A stretch of 58,771 nucleotides of DNA from Chryseobacterium gleum (GCA_943326825.2 CALPUT020000001.1:1-58771), one strand, 5' to 3'. Positions 1 through 10,810 are shown, counted from the stretch's first letter. The notes: generated by a model not told the origin, from the letters alone. Numbers and translations: made by a program.

Positions 1-1
1 C

Positions 2-217
2 ACACATACGAATTGTGTGAATGATGGATGTCATTTACTTTTTATTCAATGTGATGCATGTAAAGCAAAAATGCAAAATTGTTGTTCTGATGAATGTCAA
101 GAAATGATTCAGTTGCCGATAGATGTTCAGAAAGAACTTCGAAAAGGAAAAAGTATCAGTAATAAAATTTTCAAAAAAGGGAGATCTGAAAAATTACCTT
201 TTCAATCAAACAAATAA
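2..217 (+). CDS. trhO: C-terminal fragment of a rhodanese-domain tRNA uridine(34) hydroxylase-like protein (TrhO/YceA family). The 5' end lies outside the window.
   Basis: The frame is open to the window edge (THTNCVNDGCH...). Cys-rich tail (C..C..C......CCS.EC) followed by a basic NKIFKKGRS tail, matching YceA/TrhO C-termini from memory. Confidence 0.5.
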   Translation, partial: THTNCVNDGCHLLFIQCDACKAKMQNCCSDECQEMIQLPIDVQKELRKGKSISNKIFKKGRSEKLPFQSNK

Positions 218-241
218 TAGTTAAACTTAAAATATAACATT

Positions 242-1090
242 GTGAATTTATTTATCAATTGGACAATGAGTCCTGAAATCATAGATGGTTGGAAAACGCC
301 AAATTTATATGGATTATTATTTATTTCTGGTTTAGTACTTGGATTTTATACTATAAAAAGAATGTTTAAAATCGAACAAATTCAAGAAGCGATTTTAGAT
401 AAATTAGTAATGTATGTTGTATTAGCAACAATTATTGGAGCACGTTTAGGACATGTGTTTTTTTATGGACCATATTATGATTATGTTGATAAATGTGGGG
501 TAACTCATGAAGGTTATATTCAACACCCTTCAGCAATTTATAAAGTATGGGAAGGAGGTTTAGCTAGTCATGGTGGGGCAATTGCTTTACTAATTTCACT
601 CTATATTTTTTCAAAAAAAGTATCAAAGAAGAGTCTACTTTGGATATTAGACAGAATCGCAGCTCCAATTGCAATTGCAGCTACTTTTATTCGATTAGGT
701 AATCTTGTAAATCATGAAATAGTAGGTGATAGAACAAATGTACCTTGGGCATTTAGTTTTAAGAATTATTATGATGATCAACTATGTATGATTGATCCTA
801 CACCTCGGCATCCAACACAATTGTATGAAGCGATTTGTTATTTGATTATTTTCGCGATTTTAATGTATTTCTTTTGGAAGAAGCATGAGTTTAATAGACC
901 AGGTTTTATTTTTGGTTTATTTCTAATATTATTGTTTACAGCACGTTTCTTTGTTGAATTTGTAAAGGTTGGACAGACAGAAAGAGATAATACGTTATTT
1001 CTAAATACGGGTCAATTGTTAAGTATACCATTTGTTCTTGCAGGTATATACATTCTTTGGAATTCAATAAAAAAATCGAAAATAGCTTAA
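242..1090 (+). CDS. lgt: Prolipoprotein diacylglyceryl transferase
   Basis: GTG start. 282-aa polytopic membrane protein with GGLASHGG and RHPTQLYE motifs typical of Lgt. Confidence 0.9.
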   Translation: MNLFINWTMSPEIIDGWKTPNLYGLLFISGLVLGFYTIKRMFKIEQIQEAILDKLVMYVVLATIIGARLGHVFFYGPYYDYVDKCGVTHEGYIQHPSAIYKVWEGGLASHGGAIALLISLYIFSKKVSKKSLLWILDRIAAPIAIAATFIRLGNLVNHEIVGDRTNVPWAFSFKNYYDDQLCMIDPTPRHPTQLYEAICYLIIFAILMYFFWKKHEFNRPGFIFGLFLILLFTARFFVEFVKVGQTERDNTLFLNTGQLLSIPFVLAGIYILWNSIKKSKIA

Positions 1091-1098
1091 TTTGATTA

Positions 1099-1617
1099 AT
1101 GGCAGCTAATAAAATCATATTAATTGGTTATATGGCAAGTGGTAAAACTACTTTAGGTAAAAAACTTGCAAATAAGTTGAATATACCTTTTATCGATGTA
1201 GATGCTAAAATAGAAGAGCTTAAAGGTTGTTCTATTTCTGAAATTTTTCTTCATAAAGGAGAGAAAGGATTTCGTTTATTAGAAACTGATTTTTTGAAAA
1301 CATATAATTTTCCAGAATCTTTTGTCTTGTCTACAGGAGGAGGTATGCCTTGTTTTAATGATAATATGAAAACATTAAATGCTTTAGGATCAACATTCTA
1401 TTTAAAAAGACCTGTTAAAGAATTGGTCAATCGATTAGTGAGTGCTAAAGAAAAAAGACCGTTAGTAGAAGGTAAAACGATTGAGGAATTAGAGACTTTT
1501 ATTACTGATACACTTATAATTCGTTCGCCTTTTTATGAATCATCTAAGTTTATTTTAAATAGAGAAAATCAAACAGTTGAAGAGATCATTGATTGTTTAA
1601 ATAGTTCTAATGAATAA
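1099..1617 (+). CDS. aroK: Shikimate kinase
   Basis: P-loop GYMASGKTTLGKKLA, STGGG motif, 172 aa. Confidence 0.9.
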   Translation: MAANKIILIGYMASGKTTLGKKLANKLNIPFIDVDAKIEELKGCSISEIFLHKGEKGFRLLETDFLKTYNFPESFVLSTGGGMPCFNDNMKTLNALGSTFYLKRPVKELVNRLVSAKEKRPLVEGKTIEELETFITDTLIIRSPFYESSKFILNRENQTVEEIIDCLNSSNE

Positions 1618-2266
1618 TCAATTAATGGAGGAGTATTTAAAGGAAACAGAATTTTTAGACTTTAATCATTTAAATTTTGATTTATTTGTTGAAGGTATTG
1701 ATATTCATAAAAATCAAAAAGAGTTAGCCGTTGAATTATATCTAAAAGTCCGAGATCAATTTATTTATGATCCTTATCATTTAGACTTGACTTATGAGGG
1801 TTTAAAAGCGAGTAATGTAATCCCTAAAAAGAGGACTTGGTGTGTAGAAAAAGCTTTATTATTAGCTGCTGTGGCTCGTAAATTTGAAATACCATCTAGG
1901 TTAGGTTATGCAATTGTAACAAATCATATTGGAGTTGAAAAATTAGTGAAATTATTAAGACGTAATGAAATAGTTTTTCATGGTTATACAGAATTGTTTA
2001 TTGATGGAAAATGGTTGAAATGTACTTCTGCTTTCGATGCAAGAATATGTAAAATTACTGGTGTAGAGCCTTTGAATTGGAATGGGGAACAGGATTCAAT
2101 GTTTCAAGAGTTTGAAAAAGGAGCAAGATTTATGGAGTATTTACATTATTATGGAGATTTTAATAATGTTCCAATCGAATTAATGAATTCGGAAATGAAA
2201 CGTTATTATCCACATCTTTTTGATGAGGTATTTGATTCAAAAGATTTTTCTTTTAAACATTTGTAA
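1610..2266 (+). CDS. Transglutaminase-like cysteine peptidase-fold protein
   Basis: Cys (TWCVEKA), His (FHGYTELF) and Asp (SAFD) spaced as in the transglutaminase-like core. Overlaps aroK by 8 nt. Confidence 0.55.
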   Translation: MNNQLMEEYLKETEFLDFNHLNFDLFVEGIDIHKNQKELAVELYLKVRDQFIYDPYHLDLTYEGLKASNVIPKKRTWCVEKALLLAAVARKFEIPSRLGYAIVTNHIGVEKLVKLLRRNEIVFHGYTELFIDGKWLKCTSAFDARICKITGVEPLNWNGEQDSMFQEFEKGARFMEYLHYYGDFNNVPIELMNSEMKRYYPHLFDEVFDSKDFSFKHL

Positions 2267-2267
2267 A

Positions 2268-2948
2268 TTATTTAGTTGAATGTTTTTCAATAAATAATTT
2301 TTCTAATTCAATTCCTGCCTTAAGAATTTTTTTACTCCATTTAATTTTTAGTTTTGTTTGTTCTTCTTTCGAAAGTTTCCAATTTAGGTTGCTTTTCTCT
2401 AGACGTTCTCTTACGACATTTAATGAAATCGCAGCAGAAACTGAAATGTTAAAACTTTCTGTAAAACCATACATTGGAATTTTAACAAATTCATCAGCTA
2501 ATTCTTTAATTTCATCTGAGATACCTCTTCTTTCCGTTCCAAAAACCAGAGCAAAGGGTTGCGTGATGTCGAACTCATTGATAGTTACATCATTTGTGTG
2601 TGGTGTTGTAGCGATGATTCTATAGCCTTTCGCTTTTAGTTTTGAAATACAATCAATCGTAGGAGAATCGCCTTTGTCATAATTATACATGTCAACCCAT
2701 CTGCCAGCTCCTAATGCTATATCTCTTTGAACTTTATATTGATTATCTTTTTCGATTACATGGAGTTCCTGTATACCAAAACAATCACATGAGCGAAGTA
2801 CTGCGCTTGCATTATGTTCTTGGTATATATTTTCCATTACAACAGTGAAGTGCTTTGTTCGTTCAGCTGCAATTCGATCAAACATTTCCTGTTTGCTTTC
2901 AGAAATGATTTCATAGAATTCTTCTAATACTTTTTCGTTTACTTCCAC
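2268..2948 (-). CDS. trmH: SpoU/TrmH-family RNA 2'-O-methyltransferase
   Basis: 226 aa with SpoU motifs (LVFGTERRGIS, IPMYGFTESFNISVSAAI). Confidence 0.8.
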   Translation of the reverse strand: MEVNEKVLEEFYEIISESKQEMFDRIAAERTKHFTVVMENIYQEHNASAVLRSCDCFGIQELHVIEKDNQYKVQRDIALGAGRWVDMYNYDKGDSPTIDCISKLKAKGYRIIATTPHTNDVTINEFDITQPFALVFGTERRGISDEIKELADEFVKIPMYGFTESFNISVSAAISLNVVRERLEKSNLNWKLSKEEQTKLKIKWSKKILKAGIELEKLFIEKHSTK

Positions 2949-2971
2949 GATAGAAAATCTAAATTTTGATA

Positions 2972-3000
2972 ATAAAAAAAGGGAACCAAATGATTCCCTT
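2972..3000 (-). terminator. Rho-independent terminator of the HU gene
   Basis: Minus-strand AAGGGAA-loop-TTCCCTT followed by a T-run. Confidence 0.7.
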
Positions 3001-3022
3001 TACATCCCTTGTAAAGTAACTA

Positions 3023-3295
3023 TTAGTTAACTTTAGCAGAAAGTTCAGCTCCAGCTTTGAAACGAACAACGTTTTTAGCTGCAATTTTAATTTCTTTTCC
3101 TGTTTGAGGGTTACGTCCTGTTCTTGCAGCTCTGTTAGAAACTGAGAAAGATCCAAATCCTACTAAAGAAATTTTGTCTCCAGCTTTCATTGCGTTAGCA
3201 GTAGCACTTACAAATCCGTCTAATGCTTTTTTTGCATCAACTTTAGATAATCCTGACTCTGCTGCGATAGCATCAATTAATTCTGCTTTGTTCAT
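3023..3295 (-). CDS. hup: HU-family DNA-binding protein
   Basis: 90 aa: MNKAELIDAIA...GFGSF...RTGRNPQTG. Confidence 0.92.
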   Translation of the reverse strand: MNKAELIDAIAAESGLSKVDAKKALDGFVSATANAMKAGDKISLVGFGSFSVSNRAARTGRNPQTGKEIKIAAKNVVRFKAGAELSAKVN

Positions 3296-3495
3296 AGTTT
3301 GGTTTTTAATAGATGTTTGTAATAATTAATATCATAGCAAATATATATGAATATCTATATCCTACAAGTGTTTTAGCGAAAAATATTTGAAAAATGTTGA
3401 AAAAAGTTATGTTTTGTTAATAACGAAGGTTGTTTTCATCTATATATCACTATAAGTTAGTGTTTATAGGGATTTTAAAGTGTTGAATAGGTAGT

Positions 3496-3530
3496 ATAAA
3501 AAAGCTCATCACAAATTAATGGATGAGCTT
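3496..3530 (-). terminator. Terminator of the rpsF-rpsR-rplI operon
   Basis: 8-bp stem AGCTCATC/GATGAGCT followed by TTTTTT on the minus strand. Confidence 0.7.
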
Positions 3531-3552
3531 TTAATAAATTATCGTGATAGAA

Positions 3553-3999
3553 TTATTCTCCTACTACTTCAAATTTGAATGTTGGTTTAACACCTTTGTG
3601 AAGATTTGCTTCAGCTTCATAAGATCCAACTTCTTTGATTGGTTCGTTTTTAATTTTCAACGCTTTACGGTCAATATCAAAACCAAGAGCTTTCAACGCT
3701 TCAGATAACTGAACTGTATTAACAGATCCAAATATTTTACCGTTTTCACCAGCTTTAGTCCCAATTTTTAAAGTAACGTCAACTAATTTAGCTGCAACAG
3801 CTTCAGCTTCAGCTAAAACTTTAGTCTCTTTATGAGAACGTTGTTTCATTACTTCTGTATGTGCTTTTAACGCAGATGCTGTAGCTAAATCAGCATATCC
3901 TTGAGGGATTAAGAAGTTACGACCATATCCTGGTTTAACTGTAACTACTTCATCTTTATAACCAAGTTTATCTACGGTCTTTTTAAGAATTACTTGCAT
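3553..3999 (-). CDS. rplI: 50S ribosomal protein L9
   Basis: MQVILKKTVDKLGYKDEVVTVKPGYGRNFLIP. Last gene of the S6-S18-L9 operon. Confidence 0.95.
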   Translation of the reverse strand: MQVILKKTVDKLGYKDEVVTVKPGYGRNFLIPQGYADLATASALKAHTEVMKQRSHKETKVLAEAEAVAAKLVDVTLKIGTKAGENGKIFGSVNTVQLSEALKALGFDIDRKALKIKNEPIKEVGSYEAEANLHKGVKPTFKFEVVGE

Positions 4000-4031
4000 T
4001 TTAAATAATATTATTGTGTTAAAAAATCGAC

Positions 4032-4295
4032 TTATTTCAACATGTCTGCCACGTATGGAAGAACTGCGATGTGACGAGCACGTTTAATTGCTTGACCAAC
4101 TTTCTTTTGGTATTTTGCTGAAGTACCAGTTAAACGACGAGGTAAAATTTTACCTTGTTCATTAACTAATTTCAATAAGAAGTTACCGTCTTTATAGTCG
4201 ATAAATTTAATTCCGCTTTTTTTGAAACGGCAATATTTTTCTTTTCTGATCTCAATGTTAATTGGAGTCAAATAGCGAACATCGTTTTGTGACAT
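4032..4295 (-). CDS. rpsR: 30S ribosomal protein S18
   Basis: 87 aa: CRF...IDYKD...L...GKILPRRLTG...QKKV..AIKRAR..A.LPY. Confidence 0.95.
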   Translation of the reverse strand: MSQNDVRYLTPINIEIRKEKYCRFKKSGIKFIDYKDGNFLLKLVNEQGKILPRRLTGTSAKYQKKVGQAIKRARHIAVLPYVADMLK

Positions 4296-4319
4296 GATTC
4301 TCTTTTTTAATGTTAATGA

Positions 4320-4676
4320 TTAAGCTTCAGCTGAAACTGATTTTTTTTCGCCCATTTTCGCTCTTCTTTTTTCAGAGTAAGCTAAATGATCTTTTTCCAT
4401 TTTAACTGTTAAGAAACGCATAACACGCTCATCACGTTTAAATGCTAATTCTAAAGTACCAATTGCAGTACCTTCAGCTTCAAATTCTACTAAAAAGTAA
4501 AATCCAGTTGATTTTTTTTGGATTGGATACGCTAATTTACGTAATCCCCAATGTTCAGTATGCCTAACTTTACCACCCAAAGAGCTGATCTCGCCTTCGA
4601 ATTTAGCTACTGCTTCCTTTGTCTGATCTTCAGACAAAACGGGAGTTAAGATGAAAACAGTTTCGTAAAAACTCAT
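4320..4676 (-). CDS. rpsF: 30S ribosomal protein S6
   Basis: YETVFILTP...WG.RKLAYPI. Operon context. Confidence 0.95.
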   Translation of the reverse strand: MSFYETVFILTPVLSEDQTKEAVAKFEGEISSLGGKVRHTEHWGLRKLAYPIQKKSTGFYFLVEFEAEGTAIGTLELAFKRDERVMRFLTVKMEKDHLAYSEKRRAKMGEKKSVSAEA

Positions 4677-4709
4677 AACTTATTATGTTTTAAAATTATT
4701 TTAAGGTTG

Positions 4710-4717
4710 CAAAGATA
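4710..4717 (-). promoter_or_regulatory. Bacteroidota -7 box (TATCTTTG) for the rpsF operon
   Basis: Matches TAnnTTTG, 33 nt upstream of the rpsF ATG. Confidence 0.5.
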
Positions 4718-4940
4718 GAGAAAAAATCAATAGAATACTTAAATCGAACAAGAAAATTGAAAATTATTTACAATAATGACGCTTTTCTTATAATTAAACG
4801 TAACTGATTTTTTACAGTTGGGATAAATTTCGTTTTATTTCAAACAAAAGTATGTTTTTTATTTAAAATTATAGAGGTAGATTTTATAAATTGTTTAAAT
4901 TCGCCACATATTAATTATAGGATCTTAAACAACACATTTT

Positions 4941-7205
4941 ATGGTATTCGATTTAGATATGATAAAAAAGGTTTATGCCAATTTTCCTAGCAGAATTGAA
5001 GCTGCAAGAAAAATAGTAGGTAAACCATTAACGCTTTCTGAAAAAATTCTTTACGCTCATTTATGGGAAGGAAATGCAACTGAAGCTTTCGGAAGAGGAG
5101 TTTCTTATGTGGATTTCGCTCCAGATAGAGTAGCAATGCAAGATGCAACTGCACAAATGGCTTTATTGCAATTTATGCAAGCTGGTAAGAAAAAAGTAGC
5201 TGTTCCTTCAACAGTTCATGCGGATCACTTAATTCAAGCTAGAGTAGGAGCAACAAAAGATTTACAAGATTCTATTAATCAAAATAATGAAGTTTTTAAC
5301 TTCTTATCTTCTATTTCTAATAAATATGGTATCGGTTTCTGGAAACCAGGTGCAGGGATTATTCACCAAGTAGTTTTAGAAAATTATGCTTTCCCAGGTG
5401 GATTGATGATTGGAACGGATTCACATACTGTAAATGCAGGTGGATTAGGTATGGTTGCTATCGGTGTTGGTGGTGCTGATGCTGTAGATGTTATGGCAGG
5501 TATGGCTTGGGAGTTGAAATTCCCTAAACTTATTGGTATTAAATTGACTGGTAAATTAAACGGTTGGACTTCTGCTAAAGATGTTATATTAAAAGTTGCT
5601 GATATTTTAACTGTAAAAGGTGGAACTGGTGCTATTGTAGAATATTTTGGTGAAGGAGCTATTTCTTTATCTTGTACTGGAAAAGGTACTATTTGTAACA
5701 TGGGTGCTGAAATTGGAGCTACAACTTCAACTTTTGGTTACGACGATTCAATGAGACGATATTTAGCTGCAACAGGTCGTCAAGAAGTTGTTGATGCTGC
5801 TGATGCAATTGCTGAACACTTAACAGGTGATAAAGAAGTTTACGAAAACCCAGAGAAATATTTTGATCAAGTGATTGAAATTAACCTTTCTGAATTAGAA
5901 CCACAAATCAATGGACCATTTACTCCGGATAGAGGTACTCCAGTTTCTAAAATGAGAGCTGAAGCAACAGCTAATGATTGGCCAATGAAAATTGAATGGG
6001 GTTTAATTGGATCTTGTACAAACTCTTCATATGAAGATATGTCTAGAGCTGCTTCAATCGCTAAACAAGCTGTGGAAAAAGGATTGTTACCTAAAGCTGA
6101 ATTTGGTATCAATCCAGGTTCAGAGCAAGTTAGATATACAATTGCAAGAGATGGTATTATTGATACTTTCGAAAAGATTGGAACAAAAGTATTTACAAAC
6201 GCTTGTGGACCATGTATCGGTCAATGGGATAGAGAAGGAGCAGAGAAACAAGAGAAAAACTCAATTATCCACTCTTTCAACCGTAACTTCTCTAAAAGAG
6301 CAGATGGTAACCCAAATACTCATGCGTTTGTTGCTTCTCCTGAAATTGTTGCAGCAATTGCAATTGCAGGTGATTTAGGTTTTAATCCATTAACAGATAC
6401 ATTAACAAATGATAAAGGGGAGCAAGTAAAATTAGATCCACCAACAGGATGGGAATTGCCTCCAAAAGGATTTGATGTAGAAGATCCTTTATATCAAGCG
6501 CCTGCAGAGGATGGTTCTTCTATAGAGATAGCTGTTGCAGCAGATTCTTCACGTTTACAATTATTAGAGTCTTTTGATATTTGGAATGGTGAAAATATTA
6601 CAGACGCAAAGTTATTAATCAAAGTTGACGGAAAATGTACAACTGATCATATTTCTATGGCTGGTCCATGGTTGAAATATAGAGGTCACTTGGATAATAT
6701 TTCTAATAACATGTTAATTGGTGCTGTAAATGCTTTCAATGGTAAGGCAAATGAAGTTAAAAATCAATTGACAGGCGTTTATGGAGAAGTTCCAGCTGTA
6801 CAAAGAGCTTATAAAGCTGCTGGTGTACCTTCAGTTGTAATTGGAGATCATAACTATGGTGAAGGTTCTTCAAGAGAGCATGCAGCTATGGAACCAAGAC
6901 ATTTAGGTGTTAAAGCTGTAATCGTAAAATCATTTGCACGTATTCATGAAACAAACTTGAAAAAACAAGGTATGTTAGGGTTGACGTTTGCAAATGAATC
7001 AGATTACACTAAAATTCTTGAAAACGATGTGTTTAACTTTATCGACTTAAAAGAATTTACTCCAGGTAAACCATTGACTTTAGAAATTGTTCATGAAAAT
7101 GGTTCAAAAGAAAATATATTATTAAATCACACTTATAATACTCAACAAATTGAATGGTATAAAGCTGGTTCTGCTTTAAACTTAATCAAGTTACAAGAAG
7201 CATAA
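4941..7205 (+). CDS. acnA: Aconitate hydratase (754-aa, mitochondrial-like form common in Bacteroidota)
   Basis: [27 protein letters not shown] and [10 protein letters not shown] Fe-S cluster ligand motifs. Confidence 0.95.
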   Translation: MVFDLDMIKKVYANFPSRIEAARKIVGKPLTLSEKILYAHLWEGNATEAFGRGVSYVDFAPDRVAMQDATAQMALLQFMQAGKKKVAVPSTVHADHLIQARVGATKDLQDSINQNNEVFNFLSSISNKYGIGFWKPGAGIIHQVVLENYAFPGGLMIGTDSHTVNAGGLGMVAIGVGGADAVDVMAGMAWELKFPKLIGIKLTGKLNGWTSAKDVILKVADILTVKGGTGAIVEYFGEGAISLSCTGKGTICNMGAEIGATTSTFGYDDSMRRYLAATGRQEVVDAADAIAEHLTGDKEVYENPEKYFDQVIEINLSELEPQINGPFTPDRGTPVSKMRAEATANDWPMKIEWGLIGSCTNSSYEDMSRAASIAKQAVEKGLLPKAEFGINPGSEQVRYTIARDGIIDTFEKIGTKVFTNACGPCIGQWDREGAEKQEKNSIIHSFNRNFSKRADGNPNTHAFVASPEIVAAIAIAGDLGFNPLTDTLTNDKGEQVKLDPPTGWELPPKGFDVEDPLYQAPAEDGSSIEIAVAADSSRLQLLESFDIWNGENITDAKLLIKVDGKCTTDHISMAGPWLKYRGHLDNISNNMLIGAVNAFNGKANEVKNQLTGVYGEVPAVQRAYKAAGVPSVVIGDHNYGEGSSREHAAMEPRHLGVKAVIVKSFARIHETNLKKQGMLGLTFANESDYTKILENDVFNFIDLKEFTPGKPLTLEIVHENGSKENILLNHTYNTQQIEWYKAGSALNLIKLQEA

Positions 7206-7227
7206 GTATTTAAAATAATGATAAATT

Positions 7228-7266
7228 AAGTCCTTACTTCATAAAAGTAAGGACTTTTTGGTTTTT
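7228..7266 (+). terminator. Terminator after acn
   Basis: 10-bp stem AAGTCCTTAC/GTAAGGACTT followed by TTTGGTTTTT. Confidence 0.75.
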
Positions 7267-7272
7267 ATTAAT

Positions 7273-7280
7273 TACATTTG
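7273..7280 (+). promoter_or_regulatory. -7 box (TACATTTG) for the OMP gene
   Basis: Matches TAnnTTTG, 22 nt upstream of the ATG. Confidence 0.5.
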
Positions 7281-7302
7281 CACTTTACTTAATTAACATA
7301 AA

Positions 7303-7938
7303 ATGAAAAAAATTTATTTAACAATTCTAACTGTAGCTTTAAGTTTAGCTTCATTTAAATCAAACGCACAATGTATCAGCGAAGGTAAAATATTGATTGA
7401 TGGATATTACGGATTCCCTAATTTATACAGTGCTGTATTCAAATCAGCTTATGCAAATTCTGGTTCTGAAGCAAATTTAAAATTTGGAAGTCTTGGGCCT
7501 GTAGGGTTAAGAGCTGAATATTTATTAACTGATAAGGTTGGTTTAGGATTAGATTTAGGAATTAATTCATCTTCAATTTCTTACGATCAAAGTACTTCAG
7601 TTTATAACGAAACAACTTTTGCTTATGATGCAGTAACTTATAATTATAAGTTTTCAACTAGAAAAGTAGGAGCAATTGTAACATTCAATTATCACTTTGT
7701 TGAAAATGAAAATTTTGATGCTTACTTTGTCTTTGGAATGGGATATGGTACAAGATCTTTTTCATTTGAATCTACACAACCTGGTTATTCAAATCCTTCA
7801 GTAAAATCGTTAATTCCAGTTGCTTCTAAAATTGGAGTTGGTATGAGATATTTCTTTACAGAAAATATTGGTGCTAATTTAGCTTTAGGTTTTGGACAAG
7901 GTGGTTTATTAAATGCTGGTATTACTGCTAAGTTTTAA
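7303..7938 (+). CDS. Outer-membrane beta-barrel protein (OMP_b-brl-like)
   Basis: Signal peptide ending SNAQ, alternating beta-strand pattern, C-terminal aromatic residue (AKF). Confidence 0.65.
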   Translation: MKKIYLTILTVALSLASFKSNAQCISEGKILIDGYYGFPNLYSAVFKSAYANSGSEANLKFGSLGPVGLRAEYLLTDKVGLGLDLGINSSSISYDQSTSVYNETTFAYDAVTYNYKFSTRKVGAIVTFNYHFVENENFDAYFVFGMGYGTRSFSFESTQPGYSNPSVKSLIPVASKIGVGMRYFFTENIGANLALGFGQGGLLNAGITAKF

Positions 7939-7958
7939 TGAAAGATTTATTTTAAATT

Positions 7959-7996
7959 TAAAAGAGGCAAATCATTTAGATTTGCCTCTTTTTTTA
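7959..7996. terminator. Bidirectional terminator between the OMP gene and xth
   Basis: 11-bp stem AGAGGCAAATC/GATTTGCCTCT flanked by an A-run and a T-run. Confidence 0.75.
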
Positions 7997-8752
7997 TAAT
8001 TCAATTCCAACTGGACAATGATCTGAACCGTGAATCTCATTTAATATAAATGCATCTTTCAATTTTGAAGATATGTTTTCAGAAATTAAAAAATAATCGA
8101 TACGCCAACCTACGTTCTTTTCTCTTGCACCACCTCTATAACTCCACCAACTGTATTTTATTTCATCACCATTTTTAACTCTGAAAGAATCTAAAATTCC
8201 ATTTGAGGTAAAAGCATCCATACCATCAATTTCTTCTTGCATGTATCCAGCAGCTTTGTTGTAGTTTTGCTTAGGTCGTGCAAGATCAATTGCTTTATGT
8301 GCAACATTAAAGTCTCCACAAACAATAACTGGCTTTGTTTTTTCTAATCCTTTTAAATAGGTTAAAAATTGTTGGTCCCAAATCTGGCGATAATCTAATC
8401 TTAATAATTCACTGCCCGAATTTGGAACATAAACTGTAATTAAGAAGTAATCGGCATATTCAGCACAAATTATTCGACCTTCTTTATCATGTTCTTCAAC
8501 TCCCATGTCATATGTTACATTCAAAGGAGTTTCTTTTGTTAAAATTGCTGTGCCTGAATATCCTTTTCGTTCCGCTTCGTTTGCATAAACAGTATACCCA
8601 TTTAATTCAGCTAAAGCTTCATTTACTTGTTCAATAGAAGCTTTAGTTTCTTGAAGGCAGATAATATCAGCATTGACATTTTTCATGTCAGAAATAAAGT
8701 CTTTTTTTGTAATAGCCCTTATTCCGTTTACGTTAAAAGATATGATTTTCAT
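7994..8752 (-). CDS. xth: Exodeoxyribonuclease III
   Basis: MKIISFNVNGIRA...CLQETK...GDFNVAH...SDHCPV. Confidence 0.93.
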   Translation of the reverse strand: MKIISFNVNGIRAITKKDFISDMKNVNADIICLQETKASIEQVNEALAELNGYTVYANEAERKGYSGTAILTKETPLNVTYDMGVEEHDKEGRIICAEYADYFLITVYVPNSGSELLRLDYRQIWDQQFLTYLKGLEKTKPVIVCGDFNVAHKAIDLARPKQNYNKAAGYMQEEIDGMDAFTSNGILDSFRVKNGDEIKYSWWSYRGGAREKNVGWRIDYFLISENISSKLKDAFILNEIHGSDHCPVGIEL

Positions 8753-8778
8753 TTTTTTATTTTTGAATTATTAATTTA

Positions 8779-9294
8779 TTAATTTTTGAAGTCATAATTC
8801 TTTAGTTCTAATTTCATAATATAATCTTCCATTAAAAATCCATTTCCAATATCAAAATCTTCTTCTCGATCTATTATGAAATTCATTTTTTGATAAAAAT
8901 GTACAGCTTTATTCTTTTTATTTACATTTAAGATAAATATTGATTGATTGTGTTGATCTCTAAAATATGGAATAGCAAAGTCTAGTAATTTTTTTCCAAT
9001 ACCTTTACCTTGTTCCGAAGGAAGTACATAGATTTTTTGAATTTTTGAAATGCCTTGAGAATTGTAGTTTGGTTCAATTGATATAAATCCTAAATCATTA
9101 CTTTCTTCAGATAATACAAAGAAGTATTGTCCATTTTCAGATTGATTAGCGAGTGTATCAAGATTATACATCCAATCAAGCATATAATTTATCTGCTCTT
9201 CTGAAATGATACCTTTATATGAAGTTGGCCATGTAGCATGAGCAATTTTTTGAATTCGAACTACTTCATTCGAACTTATTTTTTCAATTTTCAT
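8779..9294 (-). CDS. GNAT-family N-acetyltransferase
   Basis: Acetyl-CoA binding motif QGKGIGKKLL, 171 aa. Confidence 0.8.
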   Translation of the reverse strand: MKIEKISSNEVVRIQKIAHATWPTSYKGIISEEQINYMLDWMYNLDTLANQSENGQYFFVLSEESNDLGFISIEPNYNSQGISKIQKIYVLPSEQGKGIGKKLLDFAIPYFRDQHNQSIFILNVNKKNKAVHFYQKMNFIIDREEDFDIGNGFLMEDYIMKLELKNYDFKN

Positions 9295-9433
9295 TTCTAC
9301 TTTTCTTAAATCTTCAATAAAAATAATTCATATTCGATAATAACTATGATAAAATAACTAATTCATTAAAAAATGTCCATAGAATTTTGTTAAAATTCAA
9401 ATAATATCGAATATTCTGACTTTCTTTGTATGT

Positions 9434-10810
9434 ATGCATTATGCTATAATTGATATTGAAACAACTGGTGGTAATCCCAAAAGCTCTAAAATTACTGAGA
9501 TAGCCATTTATAAATCGAATGGTATTGAAATCATCGATCAGTTTGTTTCTTTGGTTAATCCTGAAATGAGTATTCCTGATTTTATTGTGAATTTAACAGG
9601 TATTAATAATTCAATGGTGCAATCGGCTCCTAAATTTTATGAAATCGCTAAAGATATTATAGAATTTACAGAAGACTGTGTTTTTGTTGCTCACAATGTT
9701 GCTTTTGATTATACGGTTATTCGTTATGAATTTAAAAATCTTGGTTACGATTATAGAAGACAACATTTATGTACTGTAAGAGCTTCTCGTTTTATATTAC
9801 CAGATTTAGCTTCTTATAGCTTAGGAAAATTAACTCGAATTTTAGGTATTGAGTTAATTGGAAGACATCGTGCAGGTGGAGATGCTTATGCAACTGCACA
9901 ACTTTTTTCTTTATTGTTTGATAAAGATCCTAAAAACTTAGCAACATTTATACAAGAGGACGTAAATCCACAGATTTTTCATCCGAATTTTGATGCAAAT
10001 GAACTAGATGAAATCCCTGAAAAAACAGGTGTTTATAAATTTTATAATGAAGTCAATAAGATAATTTATATTGGTAAAAGTAAACAAATTCGTAAACGTG
10101 TAAATCAGCATTTAAAAAATACTAAAACAAAAAAAGGACTTCAATTAATTAAAGAGATAACTCGAGTTGAATTCGAATTAACTGGTTCAGAATTAATTGC
10201 CTTATTGCTAGAGTCAAGTTTAGTGAAACAACATCAACCTATTTTTAATGCCCGTTTAAAACGAAGTAAATTTCCTTTTGGAATTTTTCATTATATAGAT
10301 GATTTAAATTATATCCGCTTTTATATTGGTGGGATTAGCAAAACTAAAGGAGATCCAATTTTGAATTTTGCTACAAAAAAAGAAGCTGTTGATGCATTGT
10401 TCAACTTAGTAGATAAATATCAACTTTGTCAAAAATTATGTGATTTATATCCTACTAATGGAGCATGTTTTCATCATTCAATTCATAAATGTTTTGGGGC
10501 TTGTATTAAAGAAGAGTTATTTGTGACATATAACGAACGCTCTAATAAATTAATAAATGAAGCTGCTTTCGAACAAGAAAATTTTTACATTATTGAAGGA
10601 GGTCGACAAAAAGGTGAGAAGAGTTTGATCTTAATAGAAAATGGGGAGTTTGTAGGTTTTGGATATGGTCCTTTTCATTTTCAATTTACTCCAATCGAAA
10701 AATGGAAAAAATTAATTAATATCTATCAATCAAATAAAGATACGCGAACAATTTTAAAGTCTTATATTAAGAAAAATTCTGAATTAGTGATAATTCCTTT
10801 TCAAAAATAG
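9434..10810 (+). CDS. DnaQ-like 3'-5' exonuclease fused to a GIY-YIG (UvrC/Cho-like) nuclease domain
   Basis: N-terminal Exo I-III motifs (IDIETTG, AHNVAFDY, HRAGGDA). The GVYKFYN...IYIGKS GIY-YIG motif starts at about residue 198. Confidence 0.8.
   Translation: MHYAIIDIETTGGNPKSSKITEIAIYKSNGIEIIDQFVSLVNPEMSIPDFIVNLTGINNSMVQSAPKFYEIAKDIIEFTEDCVFVAHNVAFDYTVIRYEFKNLGYDYRRQHLCTVRASRFILPDLASYSLGKLTRILGIELIGRHRAGGDAYATAQLFSLLFDKDPKNLATFIQEDVNPQIFHPNFDANELDEIPEKTGVYKFYNEVNKIIYIGKSKQIRKRVNQHLKNTKTKKGLQLIKEITRVEFELTGSELIALLLESSLVKQHQPIFNARLKRSKFPFGIFHYIDDLNYIRFYIGGISKTKGDPILNFATKKEAVDALFNLVDKYQLCQKLCDLYPTNGACFHHSIHKCFGACIKEELFVTYNERSNKLINEAAFEQENFYIIEGGRQKGEKSLILIENGEFVGFGYGPFHFQFTPIEKWKKLINIYQSNKDTRTILKSYIKKNSELVIIPFQK

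Noticed and set aside
5384-6378. Track ORFs 5384-5701(-), 5867-6112(-) and 6007-6378(+) inside the aconitase gene
   Set aside because: They lie entirely within a strongly supported 754-aa CDS. Their translations are low-complexity (Pro/Ala/Ile or Leu/Gln-rich) with no motifs. These are typical shadow ORFs.
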